Assembly (NCBI GenBank): GCA_963828255.1
Contig: CAWHDZ010000008.1
Span: 1 to 64,000, forward strand
DNA: 64,000 nt
Direction: 5' to 3'
Source of the DNA: an uncultured delta proteobacterium
Lineage (GTDB): Bacteria > Myxococcota > Myxococcia > Myxococcales > Anaeromyxobacteraceae
The position numbers and the translations under genes are program-made. The notes beneath the pieces were generated by a model. It was given only the letters and a program-made list of their open reading frames with translations, did not search any database and was not told the DNA's origin. Below, in pieces: positions 12,964 through 22,665 of this stretch (position 1 is the stretch's first letter; each line of letters opens with the position of its first letter).

Positions 12964-13554
12964 ATGGCCACCCTCGAATTCTTCTACGACTTCGTCAGTC
13001 CCTACTCGTACCTGGCATCGACCCGCGTCGAGGCGGAGGTGGCAAAGGTGGGTGGCACGGTGCGGTTCCGCCCGTTCCTCCTGGGTGGCGTCTTCAACGC
13101 CACGGGCAACAAGGCTCCCGTCGAGGTCGCCGCCAAGGCGCCCTACCTGGTCACGGACTGCGCTCGCTGGGCCAGGCGGCTCGGCGTCCCCCTCGCCTGG
13201 CCCCCGAAGTTCCCGGTGCTGACCGTGCTGCCGCTGCGGGCCGCCTTCGCCGCCGAGAGGCACGGCAAGCTCGTGCCCTACACCCATGCCATGTTCCGGG
13301 CCTACTTCGCCGAGGGGCGCGACATCTCCGACGCGGCGGTGGTGGCCGACGTGGCGACCAGGGCCGGCCTCGACGGCGCGGCGCTCGTCGCCGAGGCGCC
13401 GAACTTCAAGGATGCCTTGAAGGCCCAGACCCAGGAGGCGGTGGACCGCGGCTCGTTCGGCGCTCCCACCCTCTTCGTCGGCCAGGAGATGTTCATCGGC
13501 AACGACCGGCTCGACTTCGCCATCGAGGCGCTGGCCGCGGCCGGCAAGCCCTGA
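12964..13554 (+). CDS. 2-hydroxychromene-2-carboxylate isomerase / DsbA-like (GST kappa) protein
   Basis: FFYDFVSPYSY, RPFLLGG, GSFGAPTLFV, GNDRL; GGAGA SD-like site. Confidence 0.88.
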   Translation: MATLEFFYDFVSPYSYLASTRVEAEVAKVGGTVRFRPFLLGGVFNATGNKAPVEVAAKAPYLVTDCARWARRLGVPLAWPPKFPVLTVLPLRAAFAAERHGKLVPYTHAMFRAYFAEGRDISDAAVVADVATRAGLDGAALVAEAPNFKDALKAQTQEAVDRGSFGAPTLFVGQEMFIGNDRLDFAIEALAAAGKP

Positions 13555-13615
13555 TCGGACGGGGCCCCGCCCGCGCTTGACCCCGGGGGGGGTTCGGGCG
13601 ATCCTCCGCCGCCTC

Positions 13616-13993
13616 ATGCAGACCCGCCTGTACTTCTCGCTGGCCCTCGGACTGGCCCTCGCGCTCGGCGCCGCCGGCTGCAGCACGCACTGCCAGGTCC
13701 TGGGCGAGCGGATCTGCCAGTGCGAGCCGGAGGGGCAGGTCCGCAACAACTGCAAGACCAACGTGAAGGCACGGGTCCGGGCGGCGGCTCCCTCCAGCTC
13801 GGAAGAGGACTACTGCAACTCCCTCCTGGGCACCTGTCCCGAGCCGAACGGAAACGTGGAAACCTGCGCCTGGATGCTCAACACCTGCCCGGGCAAGGTG
13901 GCCTGCGGCCTCGCGCTCCCGGCCCCAGGGGGCGGCGACGGCTGCAGCACGATCGGGATCATGTCCGAGCCGGACGGGGCTTCGCCTCCCTAG
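13616..13993 (+). CDS. Small cysteine-rich lipoprotein
   Basis: Lipobox AAGC followed by about 10 further Cys; TTGACC-17-GATCCT promoter-like element at 13577-13605. Confidence 0.72.
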   Translation: MQTRLYFSLALGLALALGAAGCSTHCQVLGERICQCEPEGQVRNNCKTNVKARVRAAAPSSSEEDYCNSLLGTCPEPNGNVETCAWMLNTCPGKVACGLALPAPGGGDGCSTIGIMSEPDGASPP

Positions 13994-15042
13994 CCGTCGA
14001 AGCGCCCGGCGATCCGCTCCCGGCAGTCCGGGCAGGTCCCTCCCGGCCCGAGCCGGTTCGCCCGCACCGCGTTCCAGTCCCGCACCACCAGCGCCGCGGC
14101 GCAGGCCGGGCATCGGGTCGTCTGCCCCTCCGGGTCGTGGACGTTGCCGGTGTAGACGTGGCGCAGGCCGGCCTCGCGGGCGATGCGCCGGGCGCCGGTC
14201 AGGGTTTCGGGGGGCGTGGGGGGCCGGTCCTGCATCTTCCACGAAGGGTGAAATGCGGAGAAGTGGAGGGGCGTGTCGGGCCCCATGTTCGCCCCCACCC
14301 ACTCGGAGAGCCGCCGGGTCTCCCCGGGGTCGTCGTTCAGCCCCGGGATGAGCAGGTTCGTGACCTCGGTCCAGACCTTGCCGCCGCGGGCCAGCCACGC
14401 GAGGGTCTCGAGCACCGGGGCGAGGTGGGAGAGCGTCACCTTCGCGTAGAAGTCCTCGGTGAAGGCCTTCAAGTCCACGTTGGCGGCGTCCATCCACGAG
14501 AAGATCTCCTCCCGGGCCCTCTCCTCCACGAAGCCGGAGGTGACGAAGACGGTGCGGATCCCGCGGCGGCGTGCCTCCCGGGCCACGTCGATGGCCCACT
14601 CGGCCCAGATGATCGGGTCGTTGTAGGTGAAGGCGATGGATGGGCACCCCTCCGCCACGGCGAGGTCCACCACCTGCGCCGGCGTGCTCGTCCGCATCCC
14701 CTGCCCGGACGCCCGGGCCTTGGAGATGTTCCAGTTCTGGCAGTACCGGCAGCCCAGGTTGCAGCCCACCGTCCCGAAGGAAAGCACCTCGGTCCCGGGG
14801 AGGAAGTGGTAGAGCGGCTTCTTCTCGACGGGGTCCACCGCGAAGCCGGTGCTCTTGCCGTAGGCGAGCAGGACCATCTCGCCGCCCCGGTTCTCCCGGA
14901 CCGAGCAGAATCCGGCCTGCCCGTCCCCGAGCAGGCACTCCCGGGGACAGAGGGTGCAGCGAAGCCGGCCGTCCCCTTCCCGCTCGAAGAAGCGCGCGGG
15001 CGGGGCGGGGGCGCGGCGGCCCGGCTCAGCGAGGATAGGCAT
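13990..15042 (-). CDS. amrS: AmmeMemoRadiSam system radical SAM enzyme
   Basis: CTLCPREC, DPVEKKPLYHF, GCNLGCRYCQN, FTYNDP, C-terminal CPAC/CPDC. Confidence 0.9.
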   Translation of the reverse strand: MPILAEPGRRAPAPPARFFEREGDGRLRCTLCPRECLLGDGQAGFCSVRENRGGEMVLLAYGKSTGFAVDPVEKKPLYHFLPGTEVLSFGTVGCNLGCRYCQNWNISKARASGQGMRTSTPAQVVDLAVAEGCPSIAFTYNDPIIWAEWAIDVAREARRRGIRTVFVTSGFVEERAREEIFSWMDAANVDLKAFTEDFYAKVTLSHLAPVLETLAWLARGGKVWTEVTNLLIPGLNDDPGETRRLSEWVGANMGPDTPLHFSAFHPSWKMQDRPPTPPETLTGARRIAREAGLRHVYTGNVHDPEGQTTRCPACAAALVVRDWNAVRANRLGPGGTCPDCRERIAGRFDG

Positions 15043-16510
15043 CCTTCAGGTAAGGTAAGTCCGTGGCGCGCCGCTGGAGGGGGCCCTGCCAGTTTTTCCA
15101 GGCGGTGACCTCGATGGGGTGCAGGACGGCGCCCTTCATGCGCACCTCGGAGATGGCGGGGGGGCTGGAGCCCTCCGCCGCAAACAGCCGTTTTTCCTGG
15201 ACAATGTTCCCAACGACGAGGAACGCCTCGCCGGGGCGGGGCTCCGCCCCCCAGATGTCGAGCTGGGACGGGCGCTCGGCCGCCGGACCGAAGCGGGTCC
15301 ACCCCGCGTAGAAGGCGAGCTCGGCGGCCTCCTGGTAGCTCGAGGGGTAGACGAAGGGGTTCTCGGGGCGGCAGCCGGGCGGGTCGCCGATCGCCCCGCA
15401 GGCGAGCCCGGCGGCGATGCGCGTCTTGGCCGCGTGCTCGGGCCAGCCCCGGAACCGCTTCATCACCTCGCTGTCGGGCGGGATGAGGCCGGGGTTGCGC
15501 ACCTCGAGGCCGAATCCCACCGCGGCGATCATGCCCAGACCCACGGTGAAGGCCAGCAGCCCCTGCGACCAGGCCGGGCGCAGCCGCACCAGCTCCACCG
15601 CCGCCGCGCCGCAGAGCGCCGGGTAGGCGAGCGCGGCCCAGTTGGCCTCCACGGGCCCGCGCAGGGCCGAGAGCGCGGTGACCGCGATGGGCGCGATGGT
15701 CGCGACCGCGACACGCAAGGTGAAGGAGTCGCGCCCCCGGGCGAGCCGCCAGAGGCCGAGCGGCAGGGCCACCACCCCCGCCCCGCCCAGGAGCCCCCCC
15801 AGGTATTCCAGCACGGTGCGTCCTGTCGCCTGGCTGCCCAGCCCGTGCCGCATCTGGAAGAGGATGGCCGCCCAGCCGTGGGAGGCGTTCCAGAGCAGGT
15901 TGGGGAGGAAGACCAGGATCGCCACCGCCCCTCCCATCCACGGCCACGGGGTGCGGAGCTCGCGCCGCAGTTCGCCGTCGAGGAGCACGAGGATCAGGAG
16001 CGCCGGGGCGAGCAGCGCGGCGGTGTACTTGGAGAGGAGCGCCAGCCCGACGACGACGCCGGCCGCGATCCACCCCCTCCCCCGGGCCCGGGCCACGAGC
16101 AGGGTGGCCCCGGCGTAGGCCGCCTCCACCGGCGCGTCGGGAAGGGCCAGGCCGCCGGTGAGCATGAGGATGGGGGAGGTGGCGGCGAGGATGGCGGCCA
16201 CCGCGGGGACGCGCGGGTCGTCGCTCATCTCGCGACCGATGAGGGCCGCGAAGACCACCGCCAGCGCGCCGCAGAGGAGGAAGAACAGCCTGACGCCCTG
16301 CTCGCCGGGGAGGATCTCCGTCCCGGCCCGGACGAGCCAGGCCACCATGGGCGGGTGGTCGAAGTAGCCGGTGGCCAGGCGTCGCGACCACATCCAGTAG
16401 TAGGCCTCGTCCGCGTAGAGGTCGAGACCGCGGAAGAGCAGGAAGCGGAACGCCGCCGCGCCGAGCGCGATGGCCCAGACCGTCTGCATCCCCCCGCGTC
16501 GTCCCTGCAT
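15026..16510 (-). CDS. ArnT/PMT-like (GT-C) membrane glycosyltransferase
   Basis: DEAYYW, YFDHPP, PDAP, LSKY, PNLLWN, many TM helices. Confidence 0.87.
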   Translation of the reverse strand: MQGRRGGMQTVWAIALGAAAFRFLLFRGLDLYADEAYYWMWSRRLATGYFDHPPMVAWLVRAGTEILPGEQGVRLFFLLCGALAVVFAALIGREMSDDPRVPAVAAILAATSPILMLTGGLALPDAPVEAAYAGATLLVARARGRGWIAAGVVVGLALLSKYTAALLAPALLILVLLDGELRRELRTPWPWMGGAVAILVFLPNLLWNASHGWAAILFQMRHGLGSQATGRTVLEYLGGLLGGAGVVALPLGLWRLARGRDSFTLRVAVATIAPIAVTALSALRGPVEANWAALAYPALCGAAAVELVRLRPAWSQGLLAFTVGLGMIAAVGFGLEVRNPGLIPPDSEVMKRFRGWPEHAAKTRIAAGLACGAIGDPPGCRPENPFVYPSSYQEAAELAFYAGWTRFGPAAERPSQLDIWGAEPRPGEAFLVVGNIVQEKRLFAAEGSSPPAISEVRMKGAVLHPIEVTAWKNWQGPLQRRATDLPYLKDAYPR

Positions 16511-16610
16511 GGCCGCGCATCTTACATGGGAGACGCCTCCCTCGCCCCTTGCCCGGAGGGGCGAAACGCCATAGGTATCGGCTTTCCGTTCCAGCGGATG
16601 GGGAGCAAAC

Positions 16611-19600
16611 GTGACGTTCCGGGAAGCGGTCGAGAAGCGCGTCCTCGTCTTCGACGGGGCCATGGGAACCCAGATCCAGGGGTTCGACCTCAAGGCCTCC
16701 GACTTCGGAGGCAAGGAGGGGGCGAACGACCTGCTCACCCTCACCCGCCCGGACCTGGTCGAGGCCATCCACGGCCGCTACTTCGCGGTGGGCTGCGACG
16801 TGGTGGAGACCAACACCTTCGGCTCGTCGCGCCTCAAGCTCGACGAGTACGGGCTCGGCCACCGCACCTACGAGGTGAACTTCCGGGCCGCCATCCTGGC
16901 CCGCCGCGCCGCCGAGCGGCACGCCACGCCCGGGCAGCCCCGCTTCGTGGCCGGCTCGATGGGCCCCACCGGCATGCTCCCGTCGTCGTCCGACCCGGCC
17001 CTCTCCTCCATCACCGGCGACGCGCTGGAGAAGATCTACTTCGAGCAGGCCCGCGCCCTCATCGACGGCGGCGCCGACGCCATCCTCATCGAGACCCAGC
17101 AGGACATCCTGGAGTTGCGGGCCGCGGTGCTGGGGGCCGACGCGGCCCGGCGCGAGGCGGCGCGGGACGTCTTCCTCATGGCGCAGCCCACGCTCATCGA
17201 CGCCTCCGGACGCATGCTGCTCGGCACCGACGTCTCGGCGGCGCTCGCGACCATGGAGCGGCTGCCCCTCGACGCGGTGGGCATCAACTGCTCCACCGGC
17301 CCTGCCGAGATGCGGGAGAGCGTGCGCACGCTCTGCCAGAAGTCGAGCCACTTCGTCTCGGTGATGCCCAACGCCGGCCTCCCCGAGAACGTGAACGGCC
17401 GGGCCGTGTACAAGCTCTCCCCGGAGGACCTGGCCGAGGCGCTGGCCCAGTTCGCCGGCGACTTCGGCGTGGACCTGGTGGGCGGCTGCTGCGGGACCAC
17501 GCCGGATCACATGCGCGCCGTGGCCGCGCGGATCCGCGCCCTGCAGGCCCCGCGGCGGCGCCGCCCCCGGCCGCTCCCCGAGCTCTCCTCGGCCATGAAG
17601 GCCGTGCCGCTCGACATGGAGCCCCGCCCGCTCATCGTGGGCGAGCGGGTCAACTCCCAGGGCAGCCGCAAGGTGAAGGAGCTCTTGCTGGCCGACGACT
17701 ACGCCGGCCTGCTCGAGATCGCCCGCGGCCAGGTGGAGGGGGGCGCGCACGTCCTCGACGTGTGCACGGCGCTCAACGAGCGCGAGGACGAGGCGGCGCA
17801 GATGCGCACGCTTGTCCGCCTGCTGGCCCAGAGCGTCGACGCTCCGCTGATGATCGACTCGACCGAGGCCGACGTCGTCGAGAGTGCACTGAAAGTGTAT
17901 CCGGGGCGCTGCATCGTCAACTCGGTCAACCTCGAGAAGGGGGGCGAGCGGGTCCGGAAGGTGCTGCCGCTGGTGAAGCGCTTCGGCGCCGCGGTGGTCT
18001 GCATGACCATCGACGAGAAGGGCATGGCCCAGACCGCCGACCGCAAGGCCGAGATCGCCCGGCGCACCGTGGCGGTGGCCCGCGAATACGGCCTCGAGCC
18101 GGACCAGCTCATCTTCGACGCGCTCACCTTCACGCTGGCCACCGGCGGGGCCGAGTACCGGCACAGCGCGGTCGAGACGCTCGACGGCATCCGGCGCATC
18201 AAGGCCGAGAGCCCCGGGGTCTTCACCACGCTGGGCGTCTCCAACGTGAGCTTCGGGCTCGCCAAGGCGGCGCGCGAGGTGGTGAACTCGGTCTTCCTCT
18301 TCCACGCGGTGCAGGCCGGCCTCGATCTGGCCATCGTCAACCCCAAGGACGTCCGCCCCTACCCGCTCATCGAGGAGGCGGAGCGGCTGCTCGCCGAGGA
18401 CCTGATCCTCGACCGGCGCGAGGACGCGCTCACCCGGCTCATCGCCCACTTCGAGGGAAAGGCCCCGCAGGCGGCGGCCACCGCCGAGGTGCTCGGCGAG
18501 GGGCAGCCGGCCGAGCGGCGCATCCACCTCCAGATCCTGCACCGCAAGCCGGAGGGGATCGAGGCGCTCATCGACGAGGCGCTGACCCGCCACCCGCCGG
18601 TCGCGGTGCTGAACGACGTGCTGCTCCCGGCCATGAAGGACGTGGGGGACCGCTTCGGCTCGGGCGAGCTCATCCTCCCCTTCGTGCTCCAGTCGGCCGA
18701 GGTGATGAAGCGCGCGGTGGGGTACCTCGAGAAGTTCCTCGACCGGGTCGAGGGATCGACCAAGGGCGTCGTGGTGCTCGCCACGGTCTACGGCGACGTG
18801 CACGACATCGGCAAGAACCTGGTGAAGACCATCCTGGCCAACAACGGATTCACCGTGCACGACCTGGGCAAGCAGGTGCCGGTGGCCACCATCATCGAGA
18901 AGGCGGTCGAGACCGGCGCCGACGCCATCGGCCTCTCCGCCCTGCTCGTCTCCACCTCGAAGCAGATGCCCTACTGCGTGGAGGAGCTCTCCCGGCGGAA
19001 CCTCTCCTTCCCCGTGCTCATCGGCGGCGCCGCCATCAACCGGCGCTTCGGCCTGCGCACCAACCTCCTGCCCGACGGCGCCCCGTACGCCGGCGGCGTC
19101 TACTACTGCAAGGACGCATTCGAGGGGCTCGAGCTGGTCCAGGAGCTGGTGGACCCGGCCCGGCGCGAGACGCTGCGCCGCAAGACGGTGGAGAAGGCGC
19201 TCCAGGCCCGGAACGCACCGGTGGCCGAGGCGGCGCCGTCCCAGCCCGCCCCGCGCAGCGACGTCCGTCCGGTGGAGAAGCCCCCCGTCCCGCCCTTCTG
19301 GGGAGTGCGGGTGGTTCCCTCCGGCGCGGTCCCGCTGTCCGACCTCTGGCCGCACCTCGACCTCGCCGAGCTCTTCAAGCTGCAGTGGGGCGTGCGCGCC
19401 AAGGGGGAGGAGTACGAGCGCATGATCCGCTTCCCGCGCCAGCCCGACGAGCGGAACCTCTGCCTGGCCGACTACTTCCGCAGCGAACGCGGCGCCGACG
19501 TGGTGGCCTTCCAGGTCGTGACGGTGGGTGACCAGGCGTCGAAGGTCGCCGACGAGATGCAGGAGCGGGGGGACTACTCCCGCGCCCTCTACCTGCACGG

Positions 19601-19889
19601 ACTCGCGGTGGAGACCGCCGAGGCGCTGGCCGACCTCTGGCACGCCCGGGTTCGCGCCGAGCTCGGCAAGAAAAAAAAAAAAAAAAATGGCCCGCCGATC
19701 CGAGCGGCAAGCGCTACTCGCCGGGCTATCCCGCCTGGCCGGGCTCGAGGACCAGAGCCTGGAAGCTCCCGACCCCGAGCGGAACTCGGCGTCTCGCTCA
19801 CCAGCGCCGACCAGATGGTGAACCCGAGCAGTCCACCTCGGCCATCGTGCTGCACCACCCCGGCGCCGTGTACTACACGGTGAAGGGCG
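16611..19889 (+). pseudogene. metH: Methionine synthase MetH copy 1: intact 5' part, disrupted 3' end
   Basis: DGAMGT, GGCCGTT, GDVHDIGKN B12-binding motif; 162-bp in-frame deletion relative to copy 2, 18-nt poly-A at 19671-19688 and indels afterwards. Confidence 0.85.
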
Positions 19890-22517
19890 CCGTGCCGGGG
19901 GGTGAAGAGCCGATGGTCTCGTCGCGTCCTCCTGGCCTTCACGATCATCGCCCCCGGGCCCGCTGGCCTTCGAGGTCCCGGCCCTGCTAGACCTTCGAGA
20001 AGACGCGGTGCGCATCAGCCCGCGACCGCTCCCCCGACGTGGCGCTGGCCGACGCCGGGGTGACCGCGGCCCGCGCCCAGGCCCGCATCGCGGGGGCCCT
20101 CCCCAACCCCGCCGCATCCTTCATGGCCGGGTGGTCCTCCCAGTGCGGGGACCCGGGCTGCAACCTGCCCACCTATGTGGCCACGCTCGGCGATCAGGGA
20201 GCGGTGGCCTTCCTCGTCACCGGCCAGCGCGGGCTCGCCGTCGACGCCGCGACCCAGGGGATCAAGGCCGCCGAGGCGGCGCAGATGCGCACGCTGGTGC
20301 GCCTGCTGGCCCAGAGCGTCGACGCTCCGCTGATGATCGACTCGACCGAGGCCGACGTCGTCGAGAGTGCACTCAAAGTTTACCCGGGGCGCTGCATCGT
20401 CAACTCGGTCAACCTCGAGAAGGGGGGCGAGCGGGTCCGGAAGGTGCTGCCGCTGGTGAAGCGCTTCGGCGCTGCGGTGGTCTGCATGACCATCGACGAG
20501 AAGGGCATGGCCCAGACCGCCGACCGCAAGGCCGAGATCGCCCGGCGCACCGTGGCGGTGGCCCGCGAATACGGCCTCGAGCCGGACCAGCTCATCTTCG
20601 ACGCGCTCACCTTCACGCTGGCAACCGGCGGCGCCGAGTACCGGCACAGCGCGGTCGAGACGCTCGACGGCATCCGGCGCATCAAGGCCGAGAGCCCCGG
20701 GGTCTTCACCACGCTGGGCGTCTCCAACGTGAGCTTCGGGCTCGCCAAGGCGGCGCGCGAGGTAGTGAACTCGGTCTTCCTCTTCCACGCGGTGCAGGCC
20801 GGCCTCGATCTGGCCATCGTCAACCCCAAGGACGTCCGCCCCTACCCGCTCATCGAGGAGGCGGAGCGGCTGCTCGCCGAGGACCTGATCCTCGACCGGC
20901 GCGAGGACGCGCTCACCCGGCTCATCGCCCACTTCGAGGGGAAGGCCCCGCAGGCGGCGGCCACCGCCGAGGTGCTCGGCGAGGGGCAGCCGGCCGAGCG
21001 GCGCATCCACCTCCAGATCCTGCACCGCAAGCCGGAGGGGATCGAGGCGCTCATCGACGAGGCGCTGACCCGCCACCCGCCGGTCGCGGTGCTGAACGAC
21101 GTGCTGCTCCCGGCCATGAAGGACGTGGGGGACCGCTTCGGCTCGGGCGAGCTCATCCTCCCCTTCGTGCTCCAGTCGGCCGAGGTGATGAAGCGCGCGG
21201 TGGGGTACCTCGAGAAGTTCCTCGACCGGGTCGAGGGATCGACCAAGGGCGTCGTGGTGCTCGCCACGGTCTACGGCGACGTGCACGACATCGGCAAGAA
21301 CCTGGTGAAGACCATCCTCTCCAACAACGGCTTCACCGTTCACGACCTGGGCAAGCAGGTGCCGGTGGCCACCATCATCGAGAAGGCGGTCGAGACCGGC
21401 GCCGACGCCATCGGCCTCTCCGCCCTGCTCGTCTCCACCTCGAAGCAGATGCCCTACTGCGTGGAGGAGCTCTCCCGGCGGAACCTCTCCTTCCCCGTGC
21501 TCATCGGCGGCGCCGCCATCAACCGGCGCTTCGGCCTGCGCACCAACCTCCTGCCCGACGGCGCCCCGTACGCCGGCGGCGTCTACTACTGCAAGGACGC
21601 CTTCGAGGGGCTCGAGCTGGTCCAGGAGCTGGTGGACCCGGCCCGGCGCGAGACGCTGCGCCGCAAGACGGTGGAGAAGGCGCTCCAGGCCCGGAACGCA
21701 CCGGTGGCCGAGGTGGCGCCCACCCAGCCGGCCCCCCGCAGCGACGTCCGTCCGGTGGAGAAGCCCCCCGTCCCGCCCTTCTGGGGAGTGCGGGTGGTTC
21801 CCTCCGGCGCGGTCCCGCTGTCCGACCTCTGGCCGCACCTCGACCTCGCCGAGCTCTTCAAGCTGCAGTGGGGCGTGCGCGCCAAGGGGGAGGAGTACGA
21901 GCGGATGATCCGCGAGGAGTTCGGCCCGAAGCTCGAGGAGCTGAAGGCCGAGGTCCAGTCGAAAGGGTGGCTCACGCCCAAGGTGGTCTACGGCTACTTC
22001 CCCTGCCACGCCGACGGCCAGGAGCTCGTGATCCTCGACCCGGAGCACCGGCGCGAGGAGCTGGTGCGCCTGCGCTTCCCGCGCCAGCCCGACGAGCGGA
22101 ACCTCTGCCTGGCCGACTACTTCCGCAGCGAGCGCGGCGCCGACGTGGTGGCCTTCCAGGTCGTGACGGTGGGTGACCAGGCGTCGAAGGTCGCCGACGA
22201 GATGCAGGAGCGGGGGGACTACTCCCGCGCCCTCTACCTGCACGGACTCGCGGTCGAGACCGCCGAGGCGCTGGCCGACCTCTGGCACGCCCGGGTGCGC
22301 AGCGAGCTGGGAGTGGGCGTCGACCAGGGAAAGCGCTACTCGCCCGGCTACCCCGCCTGGCCGGAGCTCGACGACCAGAGGAAGCTCTGGAAGCTCCTCG
22401 ACCCGGAGCGGAACATCGGCGTCTCGCTCACCAGCGCCGACCAGATGGTGCCCGAGCAGTCCACCTCGGCGATCGTGCTGCACCACCCGGGGGCGGTGTA
22501 CTACACGGTGAAGGGCG
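17789..22517 (+). repeat. Diverged direct duplication of the metH 3' two-thirds (17789-~19889 vs 20272-22517)
   Basis: Near-identical sequence at offset 2483 with scattered, mostly synonymous differences (e.g. ctgaaagtgtat vs ctcaaagtttac). Confidence 0.95.
19890..20271 (+). pseudogene. Fragment of a TolC/CzcC-like outer-membrane efflux protein N-terminus
   Basis: After correcting indels it reads like a signal peptide + LTFEDAVRIARDRSPDVALADAGV.AARAQARIAGALPNP; joins metH copy 2 in frame. Confidence 0.55.
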
Positions 22518-22534
22518 TCCAGCCGGTCGCCTGA
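20272..22534 (+). CDS. metH: Methionine synthase MetH copy 2 (5'-truncated; pterin, cobalamin and activation domains intact)
   Basis: GDVHDIGKN, LCLADYF, RYSPGYPAWP, PEQSTSAIV; clean stop at 22534. Confidence 0.88.
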
Positions 22535-22550
22535 GGTTCGGGCAGTCCCT

Positions 22551-22614
22551 CCGCCCACACCCCATCCACACCCGAAGCGCAGGATATCCACCGGGAAATT
22601 CCGACTTCTCCACC
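22551..22614 (+). promoter_or_regulatory. Four phased DnaA-box-like nonamers upstream of dnaB
   Basis: CCGCCCACA 22551, CCATCCACA 22562, ATATCCACC 22584, TTCTCCACC 22606 (spacing 11/22/22). Confidence 0.4.
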
Positions 22615-22665
22615 GGCTGCCGACGGTGATCCCGTCGGACCCGCCTGCTATCTTGCCCGCCGTTC

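Noticed and set aside
14469..20117. Very long antisense or alternative-frame ORFs (e.g. 1882 aa at 14469-20117, 1470 aa at 15119-19531, 1477 aa at 29957-34390)
   Set aside because: Shadow ORFs of real genes in a high-GC genome; Arg/Gly/Pro-rich with no motifs
20039..22534. Genuine novel TolC-MetH fusion protein (831 aa)
   Set aside because: The upstream part is indel-ridden, the fusion makes little biological sense and it coincides with the duplication junction
22535..22665. Replication origin
   Set aside because: Short, no perfect DnaA boxes, no AT-rich unwinding element and no dnaA/dnaN nearby
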